The translations under genes were made by a program, and so were the position numbers. Shown one piece after another: positions 37,121 through 49,624 of a DNA stretch of 49,624 nucleotides. This stretch comes from Welwitschia mirabilis (taxonomy: Eukaryota), in contig JBOZIK010000001.1 in the NCBI GenBank assembly GCA_051453625.1, positions 39,651,188 through 39,700,811 of the forward strand. The letters are read 5' to 3'. The notes below the pieces were generated by a model. That model was given only the letters and a program-made list of their open reading frames with translations. It had not been told where the DNA came from and did no database searches. Within the stretch, counting starts at the first letter, position 1. Each line of letters opens with the position of its first letter.

Positions 37121-40100
37121 AAAAACATAAAAGAGTAAATAGAGATTCAAAAGACATAAAAGAAAAATTGGAGGTAGAGAAGAAAGAAGAAAAAATTCCT
37201 ACTCAACCTCAACCTAATCTAAGGGAAGCAACATGTAAAGCAGTAACTACTAGATCTAGAAACCAAGTGTGATAGATGAAGACCAAGGTAAGAAAACAAA
37301 ATTAAATAGTTCTCCAATTACGAAAGAAATAAATATAGGAAAGCAAGTAGTAATTAATACNNNNNNNNNNNNNNNNNNNNNNNNNNNNNNNNNNNNNNNN
37401 NNNNNNNNNNNNNNNNNNNNNNNNNNNNNNNNNNNNNNNNNNNNNNNNNNNNNNNNNNNNAGATCTAGAAACCAAGTGTGATAGATGAAGACCAAGGTAA
37501 GACAACAAAATTAAATAGTTCTCCAATTACGAAAGAAATAAATATAGGAAAGCAAGTAGTAATTAATACACTAGCAGACCCTCTATCTTTTTCAATGAGA
37601 AGTAAACAAATAGAACATCTAAAAATTAAAAAGGACATAGAATATTAAAGAAAAGTTTTATAAGATATAAAAATATCATTACCTCTTTTAAAATTACAAA
37701 ATGATGTACCTATGTATTAGAAGAAAATGAAGAGCATGTGCTTAAAACAAAAGAATAAAAATGAAAGTAACAAGGAAAAAAATTTTGATATGATTAGAAA
37801 AGATCAAGTTTCTTATACTTCTACCCAAGTTCTTCAAAATAAATAAGATAAAAAGTATAATGATTGAGGAACACCTATGATAGATATAAAAGTAGATGGA
37901 AAGCTCAAAGTAGAAGTACTTACAGATTTAGGAGTAAGTGTTAATGTGATGACATATTAGACTTAGAAGAAATTGATAAAGTCAAAATTAATACCTACCA
38001 AGAAAAAGTATACCTAATATTTGGTTTAGCAGTAACATAAAAAGAGTTCTAAAGGACATACCCATTGAAATTAAAGGCTTTATCTACTTAATAGATTCTT
38101 TAGTAATGAAGATGTAAGAAGATACACATGCAGTAATTTTGGGAAAATCTTGGATGGTTACTATGAATGCTATAATTTATTTTAGAAAAGGGGTAATGAA
38201 AATCAGTCTAGGAGATCTTAAGAAAGAGGTCAATCTATTTGATGTCACAGTTGTAAAGGAGATGGCATATAATATAGAATCTAGAACTAATGAAAGTCTA
38301 ATAAAAGAGGCTAGTATGATGTTAAAGAAGAAAAATGAAGAGAACTATGAAGAAGAAGATTTGACATCTTGAGAAATAGAAAAACCTCAACTTATAAAAG
38401 GATTATAGTATATTGAAGTAGCTCCAAATTGACCTTTCATTATAAATAGTTCCTTAAATCATTCCTAAGAAAGAAAGCTTATAAAAATGCTAATCAGAAG
38501 AAAAGGAGTTATTGCTTGGAATCATACTAACATTAAGGGAATAGATCTAAAAATAAATTAACATAAAATTTATTTAAATACTTCATTAAATCAAATAGAT
38601 AACCAAAAAGAAGATGCAATTCACATGTGCAAGAAATAATTAAATAAGAAATTTATAAACTCTTCATTGTTGGATTTATCTATTATATATTCAATTTAGA
38701 ATGGATGAGTCCTATTACATTGGTAATAAAGAAGGGAAATAAATGAAGAGTATGTATAGATTTTTGAATGTTGAATATTGTAACCTATAAATATGATTTT
38801 CCTCTTCCATTTACAAATCAAGTTTTAAAAAGAATATGTGGACATCAGTACTACAACTTTCTTGATGAATATAGTGGGTATAACTAGGTATTAATAGCTT
38901 TGAAGCATCAATTCAAGACAATCTTTACTTTTTATTATGATAATTACACCTATAAAGTATTACTGTTTGGGTTATGTAATGCTCCTACTACCTTCTAAAG
39001 GTTAGTAAATATTATCTTTCAAGATATTATAGGAAGATCTATTTAAGTGTTTATAGATGAGTTATTGACTTTTGAAAATGAATTTAATGGGCCTTTTGAT
39101 AGATTAGAAGACATTTTAGAGAGATGTAAAGAGAAACACCTAAAACTTAGCTAGTGAAAACGTCACCTTATGATGATAGAAGGCATGATTTTGGAACATA
39201 AAATATCTCAAAAATGGAGACTAATAAATAAAAAATTAAAGCTATAAAAGATATTCTACCCTCAACCAAACTAAAAAAATTAAGATCTTTCTTAAGGCAT
39301 ATTGGATATTATAGAATATTTATATCTAGCTTTAGTAAAATTTCTAAACCTTTGAGTAACCTTTTATAGAAGGATGTGAAATATAATTAGGATGATGAGT
39401 GTCAAAGTGCATATCAAACTAAAAAACATAAATTTTATTATCACCTATTCTATAAGGATCTAATTAGATTAGACCATTTCACATTATTATCGATGCATCT
39501 AGTCATGCTATGGGAGTAGTTTTAGGATAAAATAATAAAAACAATAAATCATACATTATTACCTATATAAGTAAGAACTTTAAACGAGCTTAACAAAATT
39601 ACATAGTAACTGAGAGAGAGTTACTAATAATTGTTGCAGTGTATATTTGTGCAATATTTCACGTTTCAATTTCAATCTTGTTAATTATAAATAAGATGCA
39701 AAATACAACACGCTAGTATAAACGAAGTGATCTGAATGTCGTAATTCCATCGAAGACTAATGGTATAGACAATAAAGAGTTGATTTCGAAAAAGAAATGT
39801 GTAACTTTAATCTATTAAATTAAATTACGATGAATGAAATAAAATAACAATGCAAGACTTAATCTAAGAAAATAAATAACGATGCACCTAATCTACTTAA
39901 GCTCAACCTTAACGAAGGCTGCCCTCATAATCTATATAATTAAAGAAACCTGTCATGAATCTAGAACAACATANNNNNNNNNNNNNNNNNNNNNNNNNNN
40001 NNNNNNNNNNNNNNNNNNNNNNNNNNNNNNNNNNNNNNNNNNNNNNNNNNNNNNNNNNNNNNNNNNNNNNNNNTATTAGTAGTAGTGATGACATTAAAAA

Positions 40101-41640
40101 ACCTTAGACAGTATATTCTAGGTTACAAAGTAAAAATTCATATAAAACATATTGCTATTAGATTTTTGATGAATCAAAAAGAAGAAAATTCAAAAATTAT
40201 GAGATGAATACTATTGATTCAAGAATTTGACTTAAAAATTATTGATAGAAGAGGAAAAAAAAATGTAGTAGCTAATCATCTCTCAATATTAGAGTTTTCT
40301 GCTGAAAAACAAACAAATACAAAGGATGAATTTCTATATGAACATCTTTAATTTCTATATGAACATCTTTTTTAAGTAAAAACCAATCCATGATGTACTA
40401 ACATAGAAAATTTTATAGTAAGGATGAAATTACCATCCTTTATGAATTATTATGAAAGAAAAAGATTGTTAAGGAAATCTAAAGACTACATATGATATGA
40501 TAAGATGTTATTTAGAAGATGTAAAGATCATGTTATTAGAAGAGGTGTAGAAGAAAATTTGTAAAAAGAAATTATAAGGGAAGCTCATAAGGGAGAAGGA
40601 GGAGGACATTATTGTCTAAGAAGAATAGCATAAAATTTCTTCATATGGAATACTATTAGCCCACAATATTCAAAGATTTAAATGCTTATGTTTAGAGTTA
40701 TGCTACCTATCAGAGAGAAGAAGCATTTAACCAAAAATTAGAAATGCCTTAATAAGATATTCAATCAATTAAATCCTTTGATGTTTAGAAAATAGATTTC
40801 CTTGGACCTATTAATCCTTCCTCCTATAAAAAGAAATATACTTTGGTTTGTATTGGTTATTTCACTCAGTGGACTGAGGCTAAGGCTATATCTCACTATT
40901 TTCCCAAATCATACTTAACTTCTTTCTTAAAAATATCATTTATTAGTTTGGAGCCCATTGAATTGTTATATCTGATTAAAAAAACTAATTTTACCAGTGA
41001 AACCTTCAAGAAACTTTTAACTGAAAATGGAATCCATAACAAACTCTCTATTGGCTATCATTCTTAATCTAATGACCAAGTAGAATGACTAATAGAGAAA
41101 TTAATAAAATATTAAAAAAATTCATAAATAATAAGAAAAAATATTGGGTTGAAAAATTAAATAAAGCTTCATGAGCTTATAGAATAACTTGGAAAAATAG
41201 CATAGGATTTATATCATATGAATTAGTCTATGGAAAAGAGCTATTTTGCTAACTAAATTTAGAACAAAGACCTTTAAATTAGCTAAAGAACTAAAGTATA
41301 ATATAAATACAAATCAAGAAGAATGAATTAAAAACATGAATATTTTAGATAAAAAGAGAAAAGGAGATTTCTTGCATGAAGAACTCATACATTAAAAAAC
41401 TAAAATATATCATGATAGTAAAATTTAAAAAACAATTTTAACATAGGAGATTTTATACTAATATATGATCCTAAAAAGATTCATTCAAAACAAAAATATA
41501 AACAAAATTAACTAGGATCCTATAACATAATGATAATTTTGAAAAATAAAGTTATAGAGGTATATGATCCTAATGAAAAAGCAACCTCCCTTGTTAATAT
41601 CAGAAAATGAGATGTATTATGATCATAAATATTTACTAAA
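37121..41640 (+). pseudogene. gag-pol: Gypsy gag-pol copy 2 (gag end to integrase end), same family
   Basis: Colinear with ~33620-37020; FLDEYSGYN* RT; YFTQWTEAKA and YHS*SNDQVE integrase core. Confidence 0.92.
39632..39973 (-). repeat. Family X LTR 3' end inserted in the RNase H of Gypsy copy 2
   Basis: Reverse complement of ~4328-4669; begins TGTTGCAGT right after the codons for TERELLI; RNase H resumes at 40074. Confidence 0.85.
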
Positions 41641-44600
41641 TTATTTAGGAAACCCTTATAGAATGGAAGCAATACTTCCAAACTACTTATAAAATAAAAA
41701 AAGTTTAGACTAAATAAGACATGTTATTTATTTAAAGTTTATACAAACTATTAATTTATTAATTTGTTCAAGGTAAATCTAATAATTTGAAATAAGAAGC
41801 TAACTTAATAAGTCTTCAATAGGAGAGTATGCATTATCCTTACTAAGTAGACCAAGGACACATGTTCNNNNNNNNNNNNNNNNNNNNNNNNNNNNNNNNN
41901 NNNNNNNNNNNNNNNNNNNNNNNNNNNNNNNNNNNNNNNNNNNNNNNNNNNNNNNNNNNNNNNNNNNNNNNNNNNNNNNNNNNNNNNNNNNNNNNNNNNN
42001 NNNNNNNNNNNNNNNNNNNNNNNNNNNNNNNNNNNNNNNNNNNNNNNNNNNNNNNNNNNNNNNNNNNNNNNNNNNNNNNNNNNNNNNNNNNNNNNNNNNN
42101 NNNNNNNNNNNNNNNNNNNNNNNNNNNNNNNNNNNNNNNNNNNNNNNNNNNNNNNNNNNNNNNNNNNNNNNNNNNNNNNNNNNNNNNNNNNNNNNNNNNN
42201 NNNNNNNNNNNNNNNNNNNNNNNNNNNNNNNNNNNNNNNNNNNNNNNNNNNNNNNNNNNNNNNNNNNNNNNNNNNNNNNNNNNNNNNNNNNNNNNNNNNN
42301 NNNNNNNNNNNNNNNNNNNNNNNNNNNNNNNNNNNNNNNNNNNNNNNNNNNNNNNNNNNNNNNNNNNNNNNNNNNNNNNNNNNNNNNNNNNNNNNNNNNN
42401 NNNNNNNNNNNNNNNNNNNNNNNNNNNNNNNNNNNNNNNNNNNNNNNNNNNNNNNNNNNNNNNNNNNNNNNNNNNNNTAGTATAATATGGTAGCTATGAG
42501 AATTCTACTGAGATATCAACCATGATATAGATTTTAAAAAAAAAAAAATTCTTATGGGTCCTTACTCCTTTAATAGTGGTTTCACTCTCCTCATTGTGGT
42601 TAGAAAATTAAGTTGTGAAAAATAAAAGTTTAGGAACAATTATATCCCAGGAGTCATCCAAGACACAGATAGTTAACAAGGCTATAACTATATATCATAA
42701 CTTACTTAAAAAAAGAGAAAACAAAAAAAGGAAGAAGAAAAGTAAAAAAGAAAGAAGAATTTTATTCTAATATGTGATGGAATGCTAATCCAAAGATCTT
42801 CAATTGAATGTCATGCATACTCACTAAATTTTTTTTAACAAAGAATAAAGCTTCATAGTTTTAAAATCATTTCACATTATCTTAATAATTTGATAAGTTT
42901 CTTAGTATGAATTCCCTTTAATGAAATTGATATGTCCATAAGAAAATTAAAATAGTCATAAGATAAATTTATTTAAAATAAAATAATAAACAAAAACTTT
43001 ATTAAATAAATAAACTTATTACATTATTTCTCAGAACATAACAAAGCTTTACTCAAATTATTTAAAAAGTAATAAATAAATCACTCTATTAAAGCAACTA
43101 AATTCTTAAATTGACTAGAGAATTTTCTTTTTTTTTTTTTTTTGTTTGAACACCTAGTCTTAGATGATGATCTTATAGAACTCTCACATGGGGGTAGTAG
43201 ATGCATTTCATTTATAAATTCTAGCAGCATGTTAATTTTTATATGTGTGCTTGTCAAATGTTCTTGTAAGGCTTAATATTTTATATTAAGTTCTCTATGT
43301 TCTCCCTATCAAAACTCAGTGCACCTAGACTAAGTGTAGGATTTATGCATGAAAGATAATCAAGTTTCTTTTCTAACACCTACATTTATCTATCTAATTA
43401 GCCTAAGAGAACATTTTAAGTCTCGTCTCTTTAATAAAGTTGTTGATGTAGTTCTTTTATCCTAACCCTTATATACTTGGCCATCAAATGATGAATTATA
43501 GAACCAAAACTTGGAGGAATGAACCCATTCTTAAAATGTTCTCTACCAGCTTCGTTGATGAAGGTATCTAAGGTATCTAGGGCCTTAGCAATTGATTTGT
43601 AATCATACTATAGTTAGTACTACACTTCATTCTCAAACCTAACATAAATCTGAGGTGATTGAGTTTCTACACTCTTAATGCACATATCAATCTATGTAGA
43701 ACCTAGGTTAAAAAGGTAACATTTTATCTTCTTAATACTTGAAGTAGAAATGGGAGACTAAGGAGTAGATTACATAAGAATTAATTAAGAAGAAGTAGCA
43801 AGGATTGAATAGAAGTAAATAGAGGAACTCTAAGATTTAGTATGGAGAATGGTAAGTGATTAACATGAAGAAATAAAATTTATAAGATAAGTCTTATTTA
43901 ATGTGATTGACAAGTGTAATTTATCTTAAAATACTCAGTATACACATGTTCATTAATAAAGTAAAGGATTTTAAAGGAACTACATACTTGTTATATTCAA
44001 CATCCAAGATGTACCTAGTATTAGCAATGATCTTCATATCAAGGCAAAAGTCAGGGAATTCCAAACTGACTAAGATTCAACTTGAAGTTTGAACTCTAGA
44101 TTGATTTATGATTAATTTAGCTTTCCCCCATGCTAAAAGCCTTTACAGAGACCTACCAGATTTTGTTATCATCATTGATCACCAAATGGTTTAGTAAAAT
44201 CCTAAAATTTATTAAGAAAAATCTTTAAACAATGTTATAAAAATACAATTAGTGGTAAATACAAAAAGAACATATTTACAGAGGGAATAAGAAGATGAAT
44301 ATTACCTATATTAATTTCCTTGATTCTGAGGTAAAATTGTAGAATACATTTATCTAATTAACTAACACTAATTAAAAGCCCAAACTTTGAGTTAGATTTC
44401 AAGCCAACTTGATTATCTTCTTACATTCTATATTGCACTTCAACGTACAATAAAATAACATCATCTAATTGACTAATACTAACTTAAAATCAAAACTTCA
44501 AGTCAGATTTCAAATCAAGCCATTTTGATGCAAGTTTAAAAAGATAATTGTCACTAGCCTAAAGTAGAAACTTTGAGTCAAATTTGAAGGAAACTTATTT

Positions 44601-45841
44601 TTAAACTTATTACTGAAGGGTGGGATTTTTTCTTGATGATCCCATTGACTTTTTACTATATCTTCTTCACATGACCTTACTTTTTAATTCTCACTTATTT
44701 ACTTATTTTTAAGTGATAAATATTTATAGGATCCCATTGAGAACTTTCAAGTTTTTAATGGTCCCCTTCAAATCCATTTGCCAATTTTACAATAGATTTG
44801 ATGACTCTTATCAAAACTTGAGAATTCTTAATGGTTCTCATTAAATCTTTTAGTTTTGAATAACAACATTCATTTAAATATGATACTTCATTTCTTAAGC
44901 CAATCACGTAAAGATTTTCTTGATGATCCCCTCCTGAATCTCGACAACTCCAATCAAAAATCAATACATACCTTCTTTTCATGTTACCTAATCCATGTTA
45001 ACCTCCATGATATTTGTTCCACATCCATCAATATGCTCCATGTCAATCAGTTTTCTTCATGTTCTCCTTCCCATATCAACATGATGTGGAATAATTGTAA
45101 TTCAAACTTTTTTTTGGTAAAAATGTTTAGTCTTTTCAAACCTACAAATTTAATGTAACAATAAGTATAGATTTTTACATATATTAAGTTGGAAAAAGGA
45201 CATTAATTTCACCTTTACTTCACTTTATCTTTTTCTTTCTTATGCAATTTTATTCTCTCTTATGCTTATGTATCTTAGAAATATGGTAGAACAACTTCAA
45301 ATGAAAAATATTATATTTGTCTAATGTTATTATTTTTAGCATTTAGAAGTATACAAGATTTAATATGTGAGTAGAATGAATACAAATTATCACATGAATT
45401 CTATAGGGCAAAATCCTATGTCAATGGTTACCAAGAAATTAATAAAAGGGAAATCAAATGAAGCTTCTGATAAGAAAGTTATAGACATCAGTCACCACAT
45501 TTACAATACTCTTAAAAGTATACAAAAGAAATATTCTAAGCTAATTATTAAACAAAAATCTTATCTTGTTTAAACATAACCTGTGCATTTATTTTATTTC
45601 CATGATTAGTCTTTGTACTTGGGAATTTTACAGTGGTAAGATTGAATTCACTTAATCTTAAAACATTCACATGTTTATGAACTTCATTTTGAAGGAAGAT
45701 GCTTTATTTCTTATGTTTTTCTCAATGATGAAAGGCCTTAGATTATTTGGAGGTGTTCTTTTCTATCTTTTATCTTACCACTTTATCTTTGTTTTCTAAA
45801 GTTTTTAATCATGTAAAATATTTTTTTATTGATTTCTTCCC

Positions 45842-45863
45842 AGAGAGAGAGAGAGAGAGAGAG
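45842..45863. repeat. (AG)n microsatellite at a gap edge (AG repeats also at 46382-46389)
   Basis: Direct reading. Confidence 0.95.
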
Positions 45864-46389
45864 NNNNNNNNNNNNNNNNNNNNNNNNNNNNNNNNNNNNN
45901 NNNNNNNNNNNNNNNNNNNNNNNNNNNNNNNNNNNNNNNNNNNNNNNNNNNNNNNNNNNNNNNNNNNNNNNNNNNNNNNNNNNNNNNNNNNNNNNNNNNN
46001 NNNNNNNNNNNNNNNNNNNNNNNNNNNNNNNNNNNNNNNNNNNNNNNNNNNNNNNNNNNNNNNNNNNNNNNNNNNNNNNNNNNNNNNNNNNNNNNNNNNN
46101 NNNNNNNNNNNNNNNNNNNNNNNNNNNNNNNNNNNNNNNNNNNNNNNNNNNNNNNNNNNNNNNNNNNNNNNNNNNNNNNNNNNNNNNNNNNNNNNNNNNN
46201 NNNNNNNNNNNNNNNNNNNNNNNNNNNNNNNNNNNNNNNNNNNNNNNNNNNNNNNNNNNNNNNNNNNNNNNNNNNNNNNNNNNNNNNNNNNNNNNNNNNN
46301 NNNNNNNNNNNNNNNNNNNNNNNNNNNNNNNNNNNNNNNNNNNNNNNNNNNNNNNNNNNNNNNNNNNNNNNNNNNNNNNNNGAGAGAGA

Positions 46390-48818
46390 ATACCATGATG
46401 TCTTATATTTGAAATATCTTAAAAACATGGTCATCATGATGTCCTAATACAAGTACGTCAGGGCAAATTTTCTGATAGAGACCTTTGGTAGTATGATATG
46501 GCAGCTGTGAGAACTTCATTGGGAGGTTAGTTGGCCATGTTTTATAGGTCCTTACTTCTCTGACTATGGTTTCACTCCTCTTATCTTGGAAAGTAAAATA
46601 ATAAAAACTTTGAGGATATGGGATAATTGGTATTCCTAGTGTCATCAGATGAATTTCTTATTTTCTAGACTCTTAGACTTTCCACATGATCATTTCATTT
46701 TTGAGGATTTGATTGTTTGTTTTGAGATGTAAGCAAGTGAGTTCATTTCTGAGGAACTCTTCAATCTTATCACTCCTTGTTTAGAACATTTGATTTTTAG
46801 CATCATCATAACCACTTCCTTATTGAATGGAAATTCATAGAATTATACATTTAGTCATATATTTCAAATCAAGTGATGTTATGATTTCTTCCATAGGAGT
46901 CTATTAGTTTAGAATTTTGAGTAGGTAGCATATCTTCTTCATGTTTCTTATGTCCATTTTTTATTCTATTTTGTTTCATTGTTTAGTTAGTTATTTCAAA
47001 GTCATTTCTATATTTTCTTATCTTTTTAGGACTTTAACATATAATATTTTTCTTGCTTATTTTTTAATAAAAAAATTGATTTCATGATTAGATGAGTTTT
47101 CTTGCAAATTTTATGATGTTCAATTCAGTATTCTAGAGTCCTAAACACTGTTCATAATCATTTTTGTTATAGTGAATTTGTTGGACATTCATGGACCTAC
47201 TTCATCCCACTTAGCAAATTTTCATCATTTAGTCTATCTACAATTCACATTCCATATCTATCAAAATCTTCTTCAAATCTTTATTTTTCAAATCTAACAT
47301 TTCTAAACTAATATCCACACTTAATTTATTGACTATTAAAATTTAATTATTATAAAATTTTGAAAAAAACTCATCATCCATATTCTCCTCTAGACATATT
47401 GATTTTTGTATATTTTCTTCACTTTATAGCAAAATACAGGACATATTATTTTTTGGAGGAGGGTAAAACTTATTTTCATAATTTTTACACCTAAAAAAAA
47501 TCAATTAAGGGGGTCATTTTAGAGATTTCATAAGATATAATTTTTGAGACTTAATTTTATTATGCTCTATGATGTGTATGAAATTATTTATAAGGCTATT
47601 TTACAATTTCTAAATTGATTTTTTTTGTTTAAGATAATTTGGCTTACAATTGTAGTTGTTCACCTGGTTTTATTAGGGACTAACAAGGCTAAGTGAAGGT
47701 GGGTCTATGATGCACTATTAAATTATGTGTATTTGATGGCATAGTATGAGTTATTTTTCAAGATGTTCATATAGGTTTAGATGTAATTATAATTATTATG
47801 AAGAGTTGATGGGATGATCACAGAAACACATAATTATTATCATATTTAGAGGCATTTCAAGTATATTTTAATACTCAGTGATTTGAAGGAAGATCATTGA
47901 TGCAAAAGGCTAACTTCTCTTAAGATAAAAAGATAAGGAGAAATATCATCCCCATAGTCATCCCCACAATAGATAGGATGACAGCACTTTAGTAGCTANN
48001 NNNNNNNNGATGCTGACATGGACGAGAGGTAGGAGAGGTGTTATTCCTAGTGTCATCCACATGACATGCAAGACAACAACATATCTAGAGCCAACTATAG
48101 GGCTAAATGTAAAGCCATAACTGATGACTCATCCATTATTATAAGGTGTCATCGCCACAATAGTTAGGACAACATTGAAATGTCTTGCTAACTTTCATCC
48201 ATTTCTTTCTTAAGATTAAGTGTGTTTTCTAGTTTGCCTGTTACTCCTTGAGTAATGGTTACATTTTTCTTATTATATAAATAAACCTTTTCTTTGATCC
48301 TCTTATTATCTTTAATGCACCAAAAATTCTCATGATAGGAGATTAAAGGGCATGAGATCCATCTTAAGTAGTTGCAGAGATGTCTTCCTAGTGTTGGATT
48401 GTGCATTCTCTATTTTGAAGTGCAGATGCTTTATAACCTGGATGTTGGTTTAACTAACATAAACTCTATTTCTCTTTTATTTCTTTAATACTTTATATGA
48501 ATCTTATGATTTATATTATTCTTGATTTGGTGATAGTTTTACTTATAATATAGGTATTAAGGGTAACCTCTATTAAGGTTAATGATATTAGTTTAGATGC
48601 ATTTTTAGTGATAGTTTCCCTATTGATTTAGGTTATATAGATTCAATCTTCATTACAAGTTAATTGGGTAATTAGACAAGTGTTCATCTAGATTAGGTTG
48701 TACTTGCATTGCATTATATGTATATTTCCTTGCATCATTGCATTAGGTTTAATAGGATACAATATTTTTTATGAAAATCAATTCTTCTTCTTCTCTCACA
48801 TGCCTTCAATGGGTTTAT
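46390..48818 (+). mobile_element. Family X-related 3' internal region plus LTR (47708 to gap)
   Basis: Athila-like pre-LTR signature TAGGGACTAACAAGGCTAAGTGAAGGTGGG (47674-47703), then TGATGC. LTR start matches 10998; LTR end matches ~4375-4555. Confidence 0.7.
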
Positions 48819-49624
48819 NNNNNNNNNNNNNNNNNNNNNNNNNNNNNNNNNNNNNNNNNNNNNNNNNNNNNNNNNNNNNNNNNNNNNNNNNNNNNNNNNN
48901 NNNNNNNNNNNNNNNNNNNNNNNNNNNNNNNNNNNNNNNNNNNNNNNNNNNNNNNNNNNNNNNNNNNNNNNNNNNNNNNNNNNNNNNNNNNNNNNNNNNN
49001 NNNNNNNNNNNNNNNNNNNNNNNNNNNNNNNNNNNNNNNNNNNNNNNNNNNNNNNNNNNNNNNNNNNNNNNNNNNNNNNNNNNNNNNNNNNNNNNNNNNN
49101 NNNNNNNNNNNNNNNNNNNNNNNNNNNNNNNNNNNNNNNNNNNNNNNNNNNNNNNNNNNNNNNNNNNNNNNNNNNNNNNNNNNNNNNNNNNNNNNNNNNN
49201 NNNNNNNNNNNNNNNNNNNNNNNNNNNNNNNNNNNNNNNNNNNNNNNNNNNNNNNNNNNNNNNNNNNNNNNNNNNNNNNNNNNNNNNNNNNNNNNNNNNN
49301 NNNNNNNNNNNNNNNNNNNNNNNNNNNNNNNNNNNNAATCCAAGCTTGTCAATAACTAAGATCAACTTAAACCATAAGGGACATTTACATAATGGGAGTG
49401 AAATAGAGTATTTGTATTAATGAAAAGAACATTACATCCACTTACAATAGAATAATAGCTCCTTAATGGAAGATTGATAGCTTAACACCAAGGAAACCCC
49501 TTTCTATAGCTACTAGATGGACCTCCTACCTTCAAGCTTCCATGACAAGCATATCCAGTATAAAATATGATTGGAATTAAAGGAGGGAAGGGGTATTTAT
49601 AGTTTTACAATGAACCATAACCCT

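Noticed and set aside
39627..40083. Possible TSD ATAAT/GTAGT around the family X insertion
   Set aside because: Only 3/5 match and the right LTR end is hidden in the gap.
44900..45110. Minus-strand LIWEGEHEEN*LTW, weakly chromodomain-like
   Set aside because: Too short and degenerate; no adjacent integrase recognised.
46568..46648. Minus-strand CTGATGA...GAAAC suggesting a hammerhead ribozyme/retrozyme (also CTGATGA at 48121)
   Set aside because: No closing stem II pair, spacing too long, CTGATGA not conserved in the 42478-42660 homologue; explained by the GATGAC motif.
49338..49624. Possible minus-strand LTR fragment (CTATAAATACCCC TATA-like near 49590-49602)
   Set aside because: Single motif at the window edge with no corroborating copy.

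Overview
AT-rich plant nuclear DNA from a gapped draft assembly, made almost entirely of old, nested, pseudogenised LTR retrotransposons. I find no intact host gene, RNA gene or CRISPR array, and the long ORFs in the track are N-gap artefacts. (1) An Athila-like family ('X') is present as a 3' region with an env-like ORF plus LTR end (1-4669), LTR fragments (10998, 11281, 39632) and a shorter copy (~46390-48818). (2) Four related minus-strand Sirevirus (SIRE)-type Copia elements, A-D, fill ~11600-30790, each with a tRNA-iMet PBS. C carries a full gag-pol. D is nested in C's LTR with a TSD and lacks integrase/RT but keeps gag-protease, an RNase H tail and an env-like ORF. (3) Two plus-strand non-chromovirus Gypsy gag-pol relics occupy ~31357-41640, the first with a tRNA-Asn PBS. 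No convincingly new biological system is supportable. The best leads are the non-autonomous SIRE derivative D, apparent LTR sharing among A/B/C, TA..CA LTR termini, the atypical Gypsy RT, a possible spliced env-like start and a conserved hairpin block. All translations and alignments were done by eye; boundaries marked approximate are uncertain.
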